DNA from: Verrucomicrobiota bacterium
Lineage (GTDB): Bacteria > Verrucomicrobiota > Verrucomicrobiia > Limisphaerales > CANJSG01
Direction: 5' to 3'
Length of the DNA stretch: 64,000 nucleotides
Assembly (NCBI GenBank): GCA_038209745.1
Contig: JBBQXJ010000002.1
Coordinates: 64,001-128,000 of the forward strand
Positions within the stretch are counted from its first letter, which is position 1, and each line of letters begins with the position of its first letter. The notes under the pieces were generated by a model. It was not told where the DNA came from and did no database searches. It saw nothing but the letters and a program-made list of their open reading frames with translations. Below are positions 21,154 through 30,760 of the stretch, in pieces. Made by a program: the position numbers and the translations under genes.

Positions 21154-21211
21154 CGTGGCATGGATGCCACGTCAAAGTCCCTCTTCGGAGGGGCGACTCA
21201 CGGAAAGAGTC
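21154..21211 (+). promoter_or_regulatory. Putative CsrA/RsmA-binding hairpins in the fliC leader
   Basis: CGTGGCA-TGGA-TGCCACG and GACTC-ACGGAAA-GAGTC (ANGGA motifs with GGA in the loops), separated by a CCCTC-TTCG-GAGGG hairpin. Confidence 0.65.
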
Positions 21212-21214
21212 CTT

Positions 21215-22039
21215 ATGGTCATTAATACAAACATTTCGGCCCAGAGCAGCGCTCGTCTTCTCTCCGAATCATCCTCAATGCTGGCCAAGTCGCTGGCGCG
21301 ACTGTCGTCCGGCTCCAAGATCGTCTCCCCCGAGGATGACGCCGCTGGATTGGCAGTGTCCCAGCGTTTCGACGCTCAGATCAACCGCACTCAGGCTGCC
21401 AAGAGCAACATCGGCAATGCGGTCTCCTTCAACCAGACTCAGGATGGTTTCCTGCAGAAGGTGGGCAAGGCGCTCGATCGTATGAGCGAACTGTCCGTTC
21501 TTTCGCAGGACGTCACCAAGTCCGACTCGGATCGCGGCCTCTATAACAAGGAGTTCACCGAGCTCAAGACCTACATCACCAACACGGCGACGAAGGACTT
21601 CAACGGGGTCAGCCTCTTCAGCGGCACAGCACTGTCGGTCACTACCGATGGCGACACCAGCGGAGGAACGTCCGGAGCCTTCTCGATGACCGGAGTTGAT
21701 CTTAGCGCCACCTCGTATTCGAGTGCGACCGGTTCGACTTCGAACGTCTCCACCACCACCGGTGCGGCCACGGCTCTGACGAATGTCAAAGCCGCGATCA
21801 CCCAGCTAGCCACCGATCGCGCGCAGCTCGGCGCCAATATCGCCCGTCTGAACTTCACCAACGACCAGTTGGGCGTCCTCAAGGACAACATCTCCGCTGC
21901 AAACAGCCGCATCAAAGATGTGGATGTAGCGGATGAAAGCACCAAATTTGCCCGATACAACATCTTGGTCCAGGCAGGCACCGCGATGTTGGCCCAGGCA
22001 AACCAACAACCGCAAGCGGCCCTCCGTCTGCTACAATAA
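21215..22039 (+). CDS. fliC: Flagellin (short, ~274 aa)
   Basis: MVINTNISA, RLSSGSKI, DDAAGLA, SRIKDVDVA, MLAQANQ. Confidence 0.97.
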   Translation: MVINTNISAQSSARLLSESSSMLAKSLARLSSGSKIVSPEDDAAGLAVSQRFDAQINRTQAAKSNIGNAVSFNQTQDGFLQKVGKALDRMSELSVLSQDVTKSDSDRGLYNKEFTELKTYITNTATKDFNGVSLFSGTALSVTTDGDTSGGTSGAFSMTGVDLSATSYSSATGSTSNVSTTTGAATALTNVKAAITQLATDRAQLGANIARLNFTNDQLGVLKDNISAANSRIKDVDVADESTKFARYNILVQAGTAMLAQANQQPQAALRLLQ

Positions 22040-22068
22040 GTAGTCGGTCCGGTTACTTCGGTGGTTTC

Positions 22069-22100
22069 AGTCCGGCCGGCGCGTGAGCGCCGGCCGGACT
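22069..22100 (+). terminator. Strong hairpin after fliC (terminator or mRNA stabiliser)
   Basis: AGTCCGGCCGGCGC-GTGA-GCGCCGGCCGGACT; weak U tract. Confidence 0.6.
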
Positions 22101-22150
22101 CTTGATCAGAGAGAGGGTGCCGATTCCCGGCCGGCGGAGCGGGGAATGCC

Positions 22151-22178
22151 TCAAGCTTTTGAAGGATTCTCCCGATAA
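22151..22178 (+). promoter_or_regulatory. Possible sigma-28-type promoter of fliD
   Basis: TCAA-N16-CCCGATAA ending 22 nt before the ATG. Confidence 0.55.
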
Positions 22179-22200
22179 CCTGAGTGGAGCAAAATAGTTT

Positions 22201-23904
22201 ATGGCAGATTTAAGCCTAGCGGGACTGGCCTCGGGCCTGGATTGGAAGACGCTGGTCGACCAGTTGGTTTCGATTGAACGGGCGCCACAAACGGCCATGG
22301 CGACCGAGCAGTCGAAGATTCGCACGCAGTCCACCGCGTACAAGTCGATCCAGAATTCGGTCAGTGCCTTGAAGCTGAAAACGGACGCGCTTTCGCAGTC
22401 CGATCTGTTTTCGACGCGCACGGCTTCCTCGACCGATTCCAGCGTGCTCACCGCCAGCACCGTGGCGGGGGCTTCCGTGGGCAACTACAAGATCACGGTC
22501 GGTCAATTGTCCAAGTCGGCGGTGCAGCAAGGATCTTCCGACGTTGGCAGTTCCCTGAGCGCGACGAACGACGTCTCCGCTCTCAAGCTATCCGACGCGG
22601 GCTTCAGCACGGCGGTCTCCGCGGGCAAGTTCACCGTCAACGGCAAGGAAATCACTCTCGCGACCAGCGACTCCCTCCAGGATGTGTTCGACAAGGTGAG
22701 CATGGCGACCGGTGGCGTGGTGAACGGCAGCTACGACGCCGCTTCGGACAAGGTTTCATTCTCCAGTTCCGGACCGCTTCTCCTCGGCGCCACGACCGAT
22801 ACCAGCAATTTTCTCCAGGTCGCCAAACTCTACAACAACCCCAGCGGCACCGGGTCGGTGAGCAGCGCTTCCAGGTTGGGATCGGTGAGGCTCGACCAGA
22901 AGCTGGACTCCGCCAATTTCGCGACCACGATCACCGACGGCGGCGCGGGAGTCTTCAAGGTAAACGGAGTCGAGATCGCCTTCAGTGCGTCGACCGACTC
23001 CGTGAGCGATCTGCTCAAGCGGATCAACAATTCCACGGCAGGGGTCACCGCCTCCTATGACTCGGTCAACGATCGTTTGAGTCTGACGAACAAGACGGGG
23101 GGGGACGTCGGCATCTCGCTCGAAGATGTGAGCGGCAATTTTCTCTCCGCCAGCGGTCTCAGCGGCGGCACTTTGGTCCGGGGCAAGGATCTGCAATACA
23201 CCGTGAACGACGGTCCGACGCTCTATTCCCGGGGGAACGTGATCGGGGAGGAATCTTCCGGAATACCGGGATTGAGCGTGACGGTCGCAAAGGAAGGGAC
23301 GGCGAGCGTCGATGTGTCCGCCAACACAGGCGGGGTCAAGACAGCCATCAACGACTTTCTTACCGCCTACAATTCGCTGCAGGACACGATCGATACCTAC
23401 ACCAGGAGCTCTACGGACTCGTCCGGCAAGGTCACCGCTTCGGCACTGTCCAACGACAACGACGCCACCGATATCGGCACCTATCTGAGGAGGAATGCGT
23501 TTGGGAGCGTCTCCGGACTCTCCGGCACGATCAACCGGCTCGAAAAGCTCGGGATCTCCTCCAACGGAAGCGACAACAAGCTGGCTTTGGTCGACAGCAC
23601 GAAGCTTGACGACGTCCTGGCCAACAAACTGTCGGACGTGGAGTCGTTTTTCTCCGACAAGGACCACGGATTGGCCGTAGGAATTTCTGCATATCTGGGC
23701 CGGACCGTGGGTGAAGACGGTTTGTTGCCGGGCAAGCAGACCCGATACACGGACCGGATCGCCAGTCTCGATGTCCAGATCGCGGCCCAAGAGCTGCAGG
23801 TTCAGGCAAGGAAGGCGCAGTGGCTTGCCGCGTTCCAAGCCATGGAGACGGCCCAAGCCAAATCCAACCAGCAACTCGCCTATCTGACCAAGAGCTTCGG
23901 TTGA
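22201..23904 (+). CDS. fliD: Flagellar filament cap protein
   Basis: GLASGLDWKTLVDQLVSIER N-terminus; C-terminal FQAMETAQAKSNQQLAYL; follows fliC. Confidence 0.93.
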   Translation: MADLSLAGLASGLDWKTLVDQLVSIERAPQTAMATEQSKIRTQSTAYKSIQNSVSALKLKTDALSQSDLFSTRTASSTDSSVLTASTVAGASVGNYKITVGQLSKSAVQQGSSDVGSSLSATNDVSALKLSDAGFSTAVSAGKFTVNGKEITLATSDSLQDVFDKVSMATGGVVNGSYDAASDKVSFSSSGPLLLGATTDTSNFLQVAKLYNNPSGTGSVSSASRLGSVRLDQKLDSANFATTITDGGAGVFKVNGVEIAFSASTDSVSDLLKRINNSTAGVTASYDSVNDRLSLTNKTGGDVGISLEDVSGNFLSASGLSGGTLVRGKDLQYTVNDGPTLYSRGNVIGEESSGIPGLSVTVAKEGTASVDVSANTGGVKTAINDFLTAYNSLQDTIDTYTRSSTDSSGKVTASALSNDNDATDIGTYLRRNAFGSVSGLSGTINRLEKLGISSNGSDNKLALVDSTKLDDVLANKLSDVESFFSDKDHGLAVGISAYLGRTVGEDGLLPGKQTRYTDRIASLDVQIAAQELQVQARKAQWLAAFQAMETAQAKSNQQLAYLTKSFG

Positions 23905-23922
23905 TCCCGAAGCTCTGGCCGG

Positions 23923-24972
23923 TCATGCGGACATGAGCCGGGTGAGGTCGCTGCAAAACTCGTCCACGTCTTCTGGTTGCGTGTCCCAGGAGCACATGAG
24001 TCGGCAGCCCCCTTTTCCGATGAAATTGTAGAAGATCCACCCCGAGACGTGCAGCCCGTCGATGACCGGCTTCGGAATTTCGACAAAGACCGCGTTGGCT
24101 TCTCTCGGGAACAGAAACTGCACTCCGGGAATCGCCTTCACGCGCTCCTCCATCCGGGCGGCCATCTCGTTGGCGTGCCGCGCGTGCCGAAGCCAGACTC
24201 CGTCCTGCAGCATTCCGACCCAGGGTGCGGCCAGGAACCGCATCTTGGAGCAAAGCTGGCCGGCCTGTTTGCAGCGATAGTCAAATTCCCGGGCGAGTTC
24301 CTTGTTGAAGAACACGACTGCCTCTCCCACGGGAAGGCCGTTCTTGGTGCCACCGAAGCTCAGCACGTCGACTCCGACCTTCCACGTGATCTCCTTCGGA
24401 GCCAGCCCGAGCGCCGCAACGGCGTTGGCGAACCTCGCGCCGTCCATGTGCAGTCTCAGTCCGTATTTCTTGCACTTGGCGCCGATTTCCTCGATCTCGG
24501 GAACAGAGTAGACCGTTCCAACTTCGGTGGACTGGGTCAGACTCACGACCTGGGGCTTCGGGTAATGGAGGTCGGTCCGTCTGGTGACGAGATCCGCAAC
24601 GCCGTCCGGTGTGACCTTCCCGTTTTCGCCGCGCATCAACATCAGCTTGATGCCGTTGGAGAAGAACTGGGGAGCGCCGCATTCGTCGGTCTCGATGTGG
24701 GCCACTTCGTTGGCCACCACGCTGTGGTAGGACTGGCACATATGGGCCAACGCCAGCGAATTGGCCGCCGTGCCGTTGAAGACGAAGAAGACCTCGCAGT
24801 AGGTTTCGAAGACGTCACGGATCAGGTCCGTGGCGCGGCGGGTGTATTCGTCGTTGCCGTAGGCGGGGACGTGGCCGGAATTGGCCTGCGCCATTGCCGC
24901 CCAGGCCTCGGGACAGATGCCGGCGTAGTTGTCGGATGCGAAATGACGGATCTTTTGGGAGTTCGTTGGCAT
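23923..24972 (-). CDS. ltaE: Low-specificity L-threonine aldolase
   Basis: FASDNYAG, FNGTAANSL, HIETDECGAP, LHMDGARFANA, SFGGTKNG. Confidence 0.93.
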   Translation of the reverse strand: MPTNSQKIRHFASDNYAGICPEAWAAMAQANSGHVPAYGNDEYTRRATDLIRDVFETYCEVFFVFNGTAANSLALAHMCQSYHSVVANEVAHIETDECGAPQFFSNGIKLMLMRGENGKVTPDGVADLVTRRTDLHYPKPQVVSLTQSTEVGTVYSVPEIEEIGAKCKKYGLRLHMDGARFANAVAALGLAPKEITWKVGVDVLSFGGTKNGLPVGEAVVFFNKELAREFDYRCKQAGQLCSKMRFLAAPWVGMLQDGVWLRHARHANEMAARMEERVKAIPGVQFLFPREANAVFVEIPKPVIDGLHVSGWIFYNFIGKGGCRLMCSWDTQPEDVDEFCSDLTRLMSA

Positions 24973-25639
24973 GGATGAAAGTGGAGTCGTCCCGATGATG
25001 AATGAACGCGCCTCGGTGCCCGACCGGTCAGTCTCTTTAGGGACCTTTTCTTTGCGATGTGCGGTGCCGTCGTTCCTCATCGGTGCAATCCATTTGAAAG
25101 AACCTTACACGGACACACGCGGACTCCATCGGGACGCTCGAAGGATCACAAGCTGCAATGAAGAGCCTGGAAAACCAAGGCCTCGAATAGAGGGGTGGAC
25201 AGGACGGCTCGAAATCAGGGGCTTTGAGACGAGAGGATGAAAATTTATTTGATCTGAAACCGTGTTTGGAACCCCGGACAGACGAAGAAAGAAAAAGGAC
25301 CACCCCCCAAGACGACGGTTGGGCCTGACCCAACAGGCAGAATGCTCCATAGAAGACGAACAAAGCGATGGCGTTCATCCGCTCCGGCAGTCCAGTCGTG
25401 CCGCCCGCCAGAGCGGACAAGATGATCAATCCTCCGATTGGCTTGGCCAGTGATTCGATGTCGTTGCCTCGTCTTCTCCTCATAGTGAAGGTGCGGGTAA
25501 TAGCGTGTGCTGATCGATTGCCAAGTTTGGACCGATTTCTCGCGCCTTCCGTCGTTGGCCGAAACCAAAAAGAAAGCCGAGGCTGGGGACGTGCAGTCCC
25601 AGTTCGAGTTGGGACGTAGTTTCTCCGCGACCCTCGAGA

Positions 25640-26110
25640 GTGGATCTGCCGCCAGCCGTGGCAGTCCAGTTTGCAAGGTTTGCCCCCTCCGGCCATCTCT
25701 GAAAATCTCCGGTTTGGAAATGCCTTCTCCCGGATTTCGGCCCACCTGTGTTCCTGCGGATTGAGTTCTGGCGCCTAGGCGGGGGAGGAGGAGCAGGCGG
25801 ATGTTCTCCGGCACCACCAGCGCCTTGGCCACCTGCGAAGGTGCGTCATCTACGACCATGACGATGAAGTCTTGGTGGTGGGCGGCGCTGACTTGGGGCA
25901 GGAGGGCTCCCATCCATCCGGTGTTCATGGCCGGGGAAATCATCCAGTCCAGTTCTCCTTCCAGCGGACTGACGACCCCGTAAACATTTTGGAATTCACG
26001 TTCGTAGCCGTTGTCCACCGCGGGACGTTTCGGGGCGGAAGCGGCGGACGGCTTCTGGCGGAAGGCGGCCTGAAGACGAGGCCCGGTGGCCCGGCCCACC
26101 CCCAAGGCGG
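25640..26110 (-). mobile_element. Degenerate IS630-family transposase fragment
   Basis: VYGVVSPLEGE...IVMVVDDAPSQ...VPENIRL, then in a shifted frame PA*APELNPQEHRWAEIREK (the P-Y-S/A-P-E-L-N-P-x-E motif with Tyr changed to TAG). Boundaries approximate. Confidence 0.85.
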
Positions 26111-26607
26111 CGGCGGTGGGTTCGAGCGTGGCCCCGAACTAAGCCGACAGGAGTAGCGCCAGACATGGCCGCAGAGATGCAAGGGTCGTGGTGATGGCAC
26201 CTGTCAGCCGCGCCCGCTTTGCTGCGAGTGCGTCAAACCGGCGTGGTCTGGCCAGACCGACTTACTGCCATTGATCGCCTCAACTCGAAAGCGAATCAGA
26301 ATTGAAGGCAGCCACAAGTGCTGTTCGAACCGGAACTGACCTGACCGATCACTCCCATGGTTAACGGGCAGAGGGCGAGCCATGTGGCGAGGTTCCGTTA
26401 CTCCCATCCCCGGCAGTTTCGCTGGCATCTGGTTCTGCGTCTTTTCGTATGGGCTTTCGCAGAAGAAATGCAGAGCAAGGCGATTTCAATGGGAAAGCCT
26501 GCATCGTCGGAAGGGGCCTAGTTTCAAGGAGAGCCCCCTCGTATTCAGGAAGAGATGTCCGAAGTTACGGCCGTCCCGGTTCGCCGCCATCGTGGCAAAC
26601 CAAAATC

Positions 26608-27600
26608 TCAGGGCGTCAGGGAAGCGGCGTAGGCGGCGAGCACGATCATGTCGTCGAGCGTGAGCTTTTCGACCGTTGGTTTCATCAGCGCGCTGCCGAG
26701 CCCGACCCGGGCTCCGTGCTTGAAGTCGTAGAGCTGCCTCAGGAGATAGCTCGGCGAGCGACCGGCGATGCCGGGGATCGGACCGATTCCTCTGAGATCG
26801 GGTCCATGACAGATGGCGCACTGGACAGTCCGGCCTTCTCCTCCCGAGCTGGCCAGGGCTTTGCCACGCTGGACGCTTCCGGTCGGAACGTAGGCGACGA
26901 AGCGGGCGCGCGAATCGCGGCTGGCAAACTGTTCCAGATCTTCCGGGACTTCGATGATCCGCTGGCCGGTCGGCTCCGTTTCGCCGTTCTTCAGATCGGT
27001 CAAATGCCATCCGTGGATCCCGGTTTGCGGCACCGTGTTCGTCTCGACCACGCGGATGATCTGCTTCAGTTTCAAGCCGGAGAAATAGGCGGCGGCGGCC
27101 TCGACCTCCGCGGCCGTCACTTCCTTGGAGAGCGCGATCATGGCTTTGGGCGGACCTCTTTGCGGAACGGAGGTTTTCCGGACGCCACTCTTGAAGTCGA
27201 TCATCTGCTGGATGATGTAGGCGGCGGGAAGACCAGCCAGGCTGGTGTTTTCCGGTCCGCCGGTCCCTTCCGCCCGGTGGCAATAGCCGCAGGCGAGCAC
27301 CCCGGGTCTCCGTCCGTGCGCGACGACGTCCGGCATCGGAGGGTGGTCGTCGGGATGCCAGTCCGGAGACAGGAAAGAGTCCCGCACCTGGCTGAGGGTG
27401 AACCCCAACTGGCTGTCGGGCACGCGCCGCAGCGTCCCGTCATCTTTTGGAGAAGCAAGTCCGGGCGGGTCGACGGGGTAGGCCCACGGCGGAGGAGCCA
27501 CCGCGTTCGGGTCGGGGACTTCCGCAGCCGGTGCCGGCATCGAAATCAACATGGCGCCAAGCAGCGTCAGCAGTCTTCCAATATCTCTCAGGTGGAACAT
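26608..27600 (-). CDS. Di-heme c-type cytochrome (cytochrome c4/c553-like)
   Basis: Signal peptide; two CxxCH motifs (CGYCH, CAICH); LAGLPAAYIIQQMIDFK and IAGRSPSYLLRQLYDFK. Confidence 0.9.
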   Translation of the reverse strand: MFHLRDIGRLLTLLGAMLISMPAPAAEVPDPNAVAPPPWAYPVDPPGLASPKDDGTLRRVPDSQLGFTLSQVRDSFLSPDWHPDDHPPMPDVVAHGRRPGVLACGYCHRAEGTGGPENTSLAGLPAAYIIQQMIDFKSGVRKTSVPQRGPPKAMIALSKEVTAAEVEAAAAYFSGLKLKQIIRVVETNTVPQTGIHGWHLTDLKNGETEPTGQRIIEVPEDLEQFASRDSRARFVAYVPTGSVQRGKALASSGGEGRTVQCAICHGPDLRGIGPIPGIAGRSPSYLLRQLYDFKHGARVGLGSALMKPTVEKLTLDDMIVLAAYAASLTP

Positions 27601-28048
27601 CCACCGATTGAAAGACAGCCGGTCGAAATTTACAGCTCATTCCCGCCTTGGCATCTGGATAAAGACGGCGACCTGGTAGTCGAGCTTGCCCGAGCCATGA
27701 GACAAGGGGTGGCCCCTCCCGCCGCCTTCCAATGTCAGCCGGGTCGGCGCAGTGATATGGGGATGCTTGGTTCTGCGCTCGACGCGCTGAGCGGATAGCA
27801 AGGGTCGAGCGGCAGGTCGGCCCCACCGTTTCCAGGTAGCGAGGCGACCGGAGGGAGCGTCTCCATGTGGCGTGAATCGTCCGGGATTCTCCCTCTGCTC
27901 GCACCGCCTGCGGCGGTAGATAGGGACGTCTCGGCAACCCCCCCCTACCTCTGAGAAGCCGCCGTTCCTGCTCCGATCTTGGGGCTGGTTCCAAGATGTT
28001 CGTTGCCGGAAGAGGGTGGATCGGCTGAATTCGGAGTGTCGCCTCTCC

Positions 28049-29020
28049 ATGAAACACCTGCTTCTCCTCTTCGCCGGCCTCGTGATCCTCCTGCCTGTGG
28101 CCGACGCGGCAACGGGGGTCCAGATCTCGAGATTCACCCATGAGGGTTGGACCGACTGCGTGCGGATGAGCAACGCCGTGTCGGAGGTGCTGATCGTGCC
28201 CGAGATCGGCCGGGTCATGCAGTTCCGGCTCAAAGGCGAGGAAAGCGTGTTCTGGGAGAACTTGGCGCTGCGGGGCAAGCCCCCGGATGCGAAGTCGAAG
28301 GACTGGTCGAACTTCGGGGGCGACAAGACCTGGCCGTCGCCGCAGGCGGATTGGCCCAAGGTCACGCGACGCGGGTGGCCGCCGCCGCCCGCCTTCGACC
28401 AAATGCCGGTGAAGGCGACCACGCAGGGCTCGATCGTCACGCTGGCTTCGCCGGTCGATCCGTGGTTCGGCATTCAAACGACGCGCGTGCTGGAGTTGCA
28501 TCCGACCGAGCCCCGCCTGACGATCCGAACGACCTACCACAAGGTCGAGGGCGCTCCCGTGAAGGCGGGTGTGTGGATCATCACCCAGCTGAAGGAACCG
28601 GCGCTGGTCGTGGTTCCGCTGCCGGAGAAGAGCCTTTTCGCCGGGGGATTTGATCGACAGTCGGGCGACAGCTTGCCGGCTGATCTAACGGTGTCCGATC
28701 GTCTGCTCTCGCTCCGCCGACATCCGACCAAGTCCAGCAAGGTGGGCACAGACGCCGAGACTCTGCTGTGGGTGGGAGACAAGACGATGGTGAGGATCGA
28801 TTCTTCGCGGATGGCAGGCGCCGAGTATCCGGACAATGGCAGCAGCGCCGAGATCTACACCAACGGCGGCGAGGACTGGAAGTATGTTGAACTGGAGATG
28901 CTCGGGCCGTTGGCGACCTTGAAACCCGGCGACACGCTCGCGCAGACGAACTCCTACACGCTCTTCCGTCGCGAGTTGCCAGATCCGATGGCCGACGCGA
29001 AGCGGGTGCTGGGTCGGTGA
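28049..29020 (+). CDS. Secreted hypothetical protein, possibly DUF4380/galactose-mutarotase-like fold
   Basis: Signal peptide; VPEIGRVM, GGDKTWPSPQ, YVELEMLGP; high-GC3 codon usage. Confidence 0.6.
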   Translation: MKHLLLLFAGLVILLPVADAATGVQISRFTHEGWTDCVRMSNAVSEVLIVPEIGRVMQFRLKGEESVFWENLALRGKPPDAKSKDWSNFGGDKTWPSPQADWPKVTRRGWPPPPAFDQMPVKATTQGSIVTLASPVDPWFGIQTTRVLELHPTEPRLTIRTTYHKVEGAPVKAGVWIITQLKEPALVVVPLPEKSLFAGGFDRQSGDSLPADLTVSDRLLSLRRHPTKSSKVGTDAETLLWVGDKTMVRIDSSRMAGAEYPDNGSSAEIYTNGGEDWKYVELEMLGPLATLKPGDTLAQTNSYTLFRRELPDPMADAKRVLGR

Positions 29021-29106
29021 GCGATCGTCGACGCGCGCGGACTGAAGGCGGAAGTGGAGAACGGCCCGGTCGTGATCTGGGAGGATCGGAAGTGAGGGGC
29101 AACTGC

Positions 29107-29442
29107 CTAAAGCGGGCCCATCGTGTTGTCGTCGATCCATTCCAGATACCGCTCGTTGCCTCCGGCCAGCGGCAGGACGACGAACTCCGGCGTGTCATAC
29201 GGATGCGAGGCCAGCACGGCGGCTTCGAGCGCGGCCAGATGGCCCTTCCGTGTCTTCATCATCAGCAGAACCTCGGCGCTCTTCTCCAACTTGCCCTGCC
29301 ACCAATAGTGCGACTCCAGCTTTGGAACCAGGTTCGCGCAGGCCACCAACTGGGCGGTGAGCGCCGCCTTGGCCAAGGCGCGGGCCGTTTTCAGGTTCGG
29401 CAAGGTGACCAGCACGATCACATGGCGGGCGGTGGCTTTCAT
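29107..29442 (-). CDS. cutA: Divalent-cation tolerance protein CutA
   Basis: LVACANLVP, YWWQGKLE, HPYDTPE, YLEWI. Confidence 0.95.
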   Translation of the reverse strand: MKATARHVIVLVTLPNLKTARALAKAALTAQLVACANLVPKLESHYWWQGKLEKSAEVLLMMKTRKGHLAALEAAVLASHPYDTPEFVVLPLAGGNERYLEWIDDNTMGPL

Positions 29443-29502
29443 CCGACCGAGTGGCTATCCGAACGACCACCGTCGGGCAAATCCGAAGTCCTGACAGTTT
29501 TT

Positions 29503-29654
29503 GTGGCACCGGGCGTCTCGCCTGCTGTAGCGGGTGGCCATTAGCCCGCCGGTCAAGGTCGTGGTTGGACAAGGGACTTCTTGGGGGCCAGTGGATTTCT
29601 ATTCGGCGGGGCGGGACGCCGGCCCTCTATGGCAGGCGAGACGCCCGCCGCTTC
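29503..29654. repeat. Degenerate inverted REP pair (REPIN-like)
   Basis: GGGCGTCTCGCCTGCTGTAG...CTATGGCAGGCGAGACGCCC inverted arms with inner hairpins. Confidence 0.7.
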
Positions 29655-29763
29655 CCATTTTCGGCCTTTGGCCTTGGAACTTCGGATTTCCTGGCCGTGG
29701 CCGAGCTTCGTCTGAACATCTTTTCAGTTCCCGTGTCTGTCTTTCCGTAACTATCTTGCGCCC

Positions 29764-30753
29764 ATGAATTCCGGCATCACTGCCATCAACGACGAAGTCG
29801 AACGGGTTTCCGCCTTTGTTCGACCGCTTTTCAACGAAATGAGCCAGGTGATCGTCGGCCAGACCTATCTGGTCGAGCGCCTCGTCATCGGCCTGCTGGC
29901 CAATGGCCACGTCCTGCTGGAGGGCGTGCCCGGTCTGGCCAAGACGCTGGCCGTCAAATCGCTCGCCCAATGCTTGAGCGTGAAGTTCTCCCGGCTCCAG
30001 TTCACCCCCGACCTGCTGCCGGCCGACCTCATCGGCACCCAGATCTACAATCCCCAGAGCGGCGACTTCACCACCCGGCGCGGCCCCGTCTTCGCCAACA
30101 TCGTGCTGGCCGACGAAATCAACCGCGCCCCGGCCAAGGTCCAGTCCGCATTGCTGGAAGCGATGCAGGAAAGGCAGGTCACCATCGGTGAAACCAGCTT
30201 CAAGCTGGACGAACCGTTCCTCGTGCTGGCCACGCAGAACCCCATCGAACAGGAAGGCACCTACAACTTGCCCGAAGCGCAGGTAGACCGCTTCATGCTG
30301 AAGCTCAAGGTGACCTACCCCAGCCGCGCCGAGGAACGCCTGATCCTCGATCTCATGGCCAAGACCGGCCCGCCGCCGCAGGTCAAACCCGTGGTCAGCG
30401 CGAAGGAGATCTTCGAGGCGCGCCACGTCCTGAACGAGATCTACATCGACGACAAGGTGAAGGACTACATCGTGGACGTGGTCTGTGCCACGCGCGATCC
30501 CAAGGACTACAAGATCAACCTCGACGGGCTGATCCAGATGGGCGCCTCGCCCCGCGCCACCATCGCGCTGACGCTCGCCGCCAAGGCCTTCGCCTTTCTC
30601 AGGGGCCGCGGCTACGTGACCCCGCAGGACGTGAAGAGCATCGGTATGGACGTGCTCCGCCACCGCGTGACCGTGACCTACGAAGCCGAAGCCGAGGACA
30701 AGACCAGCGAGACGATCATCAACAAGATCTTCAGCGAACTGCCCGTGCCGTGA
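29764..30753 (+). CDS. MoxR family AAA+ ATPase
   Basis: LLEGVPGLAKT, RLQFTPDLLPADL, LADEINRAPAKVQSALLEAMQE, ATQNPIEQEGTY, GASPRA. Confidence 0.97.
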   Translation: MNSGITAINDEVERVSAFVRPLFNEMSQVIVGQTYLVERLVIGLLANGHVLLEGVPGLAKTLAVKSLAQCLSVKFSRLQFTPDLLPADLIGTQIYNPQSGDFTTRRGPVFANIVLADEINRAPAKVQSALLEAMQERQVTIGETSFKLDEPFLVLATQNPIEQEGTYNLPEAQVDRFMLKLKVTYPSRAEERLILDLMAKTGPPPQVKPVVSAKEIFEARHVLNEIYIDDKVKDYIVDVVCATRDPKDYKINLDGLIQMGASPRATIALTLAAKAFAFLRGRGYVTPQDVKSIGMDVLRHRVTVTYEAEAEDKTSETIINKIFSELPVP

Positions 30754-30760
30754 GGAAAGA

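Noticed and set aside
27790..27970. Additional degenerate REP-like sequences
   Set aside because: Too degenerate to define arms with confidence.
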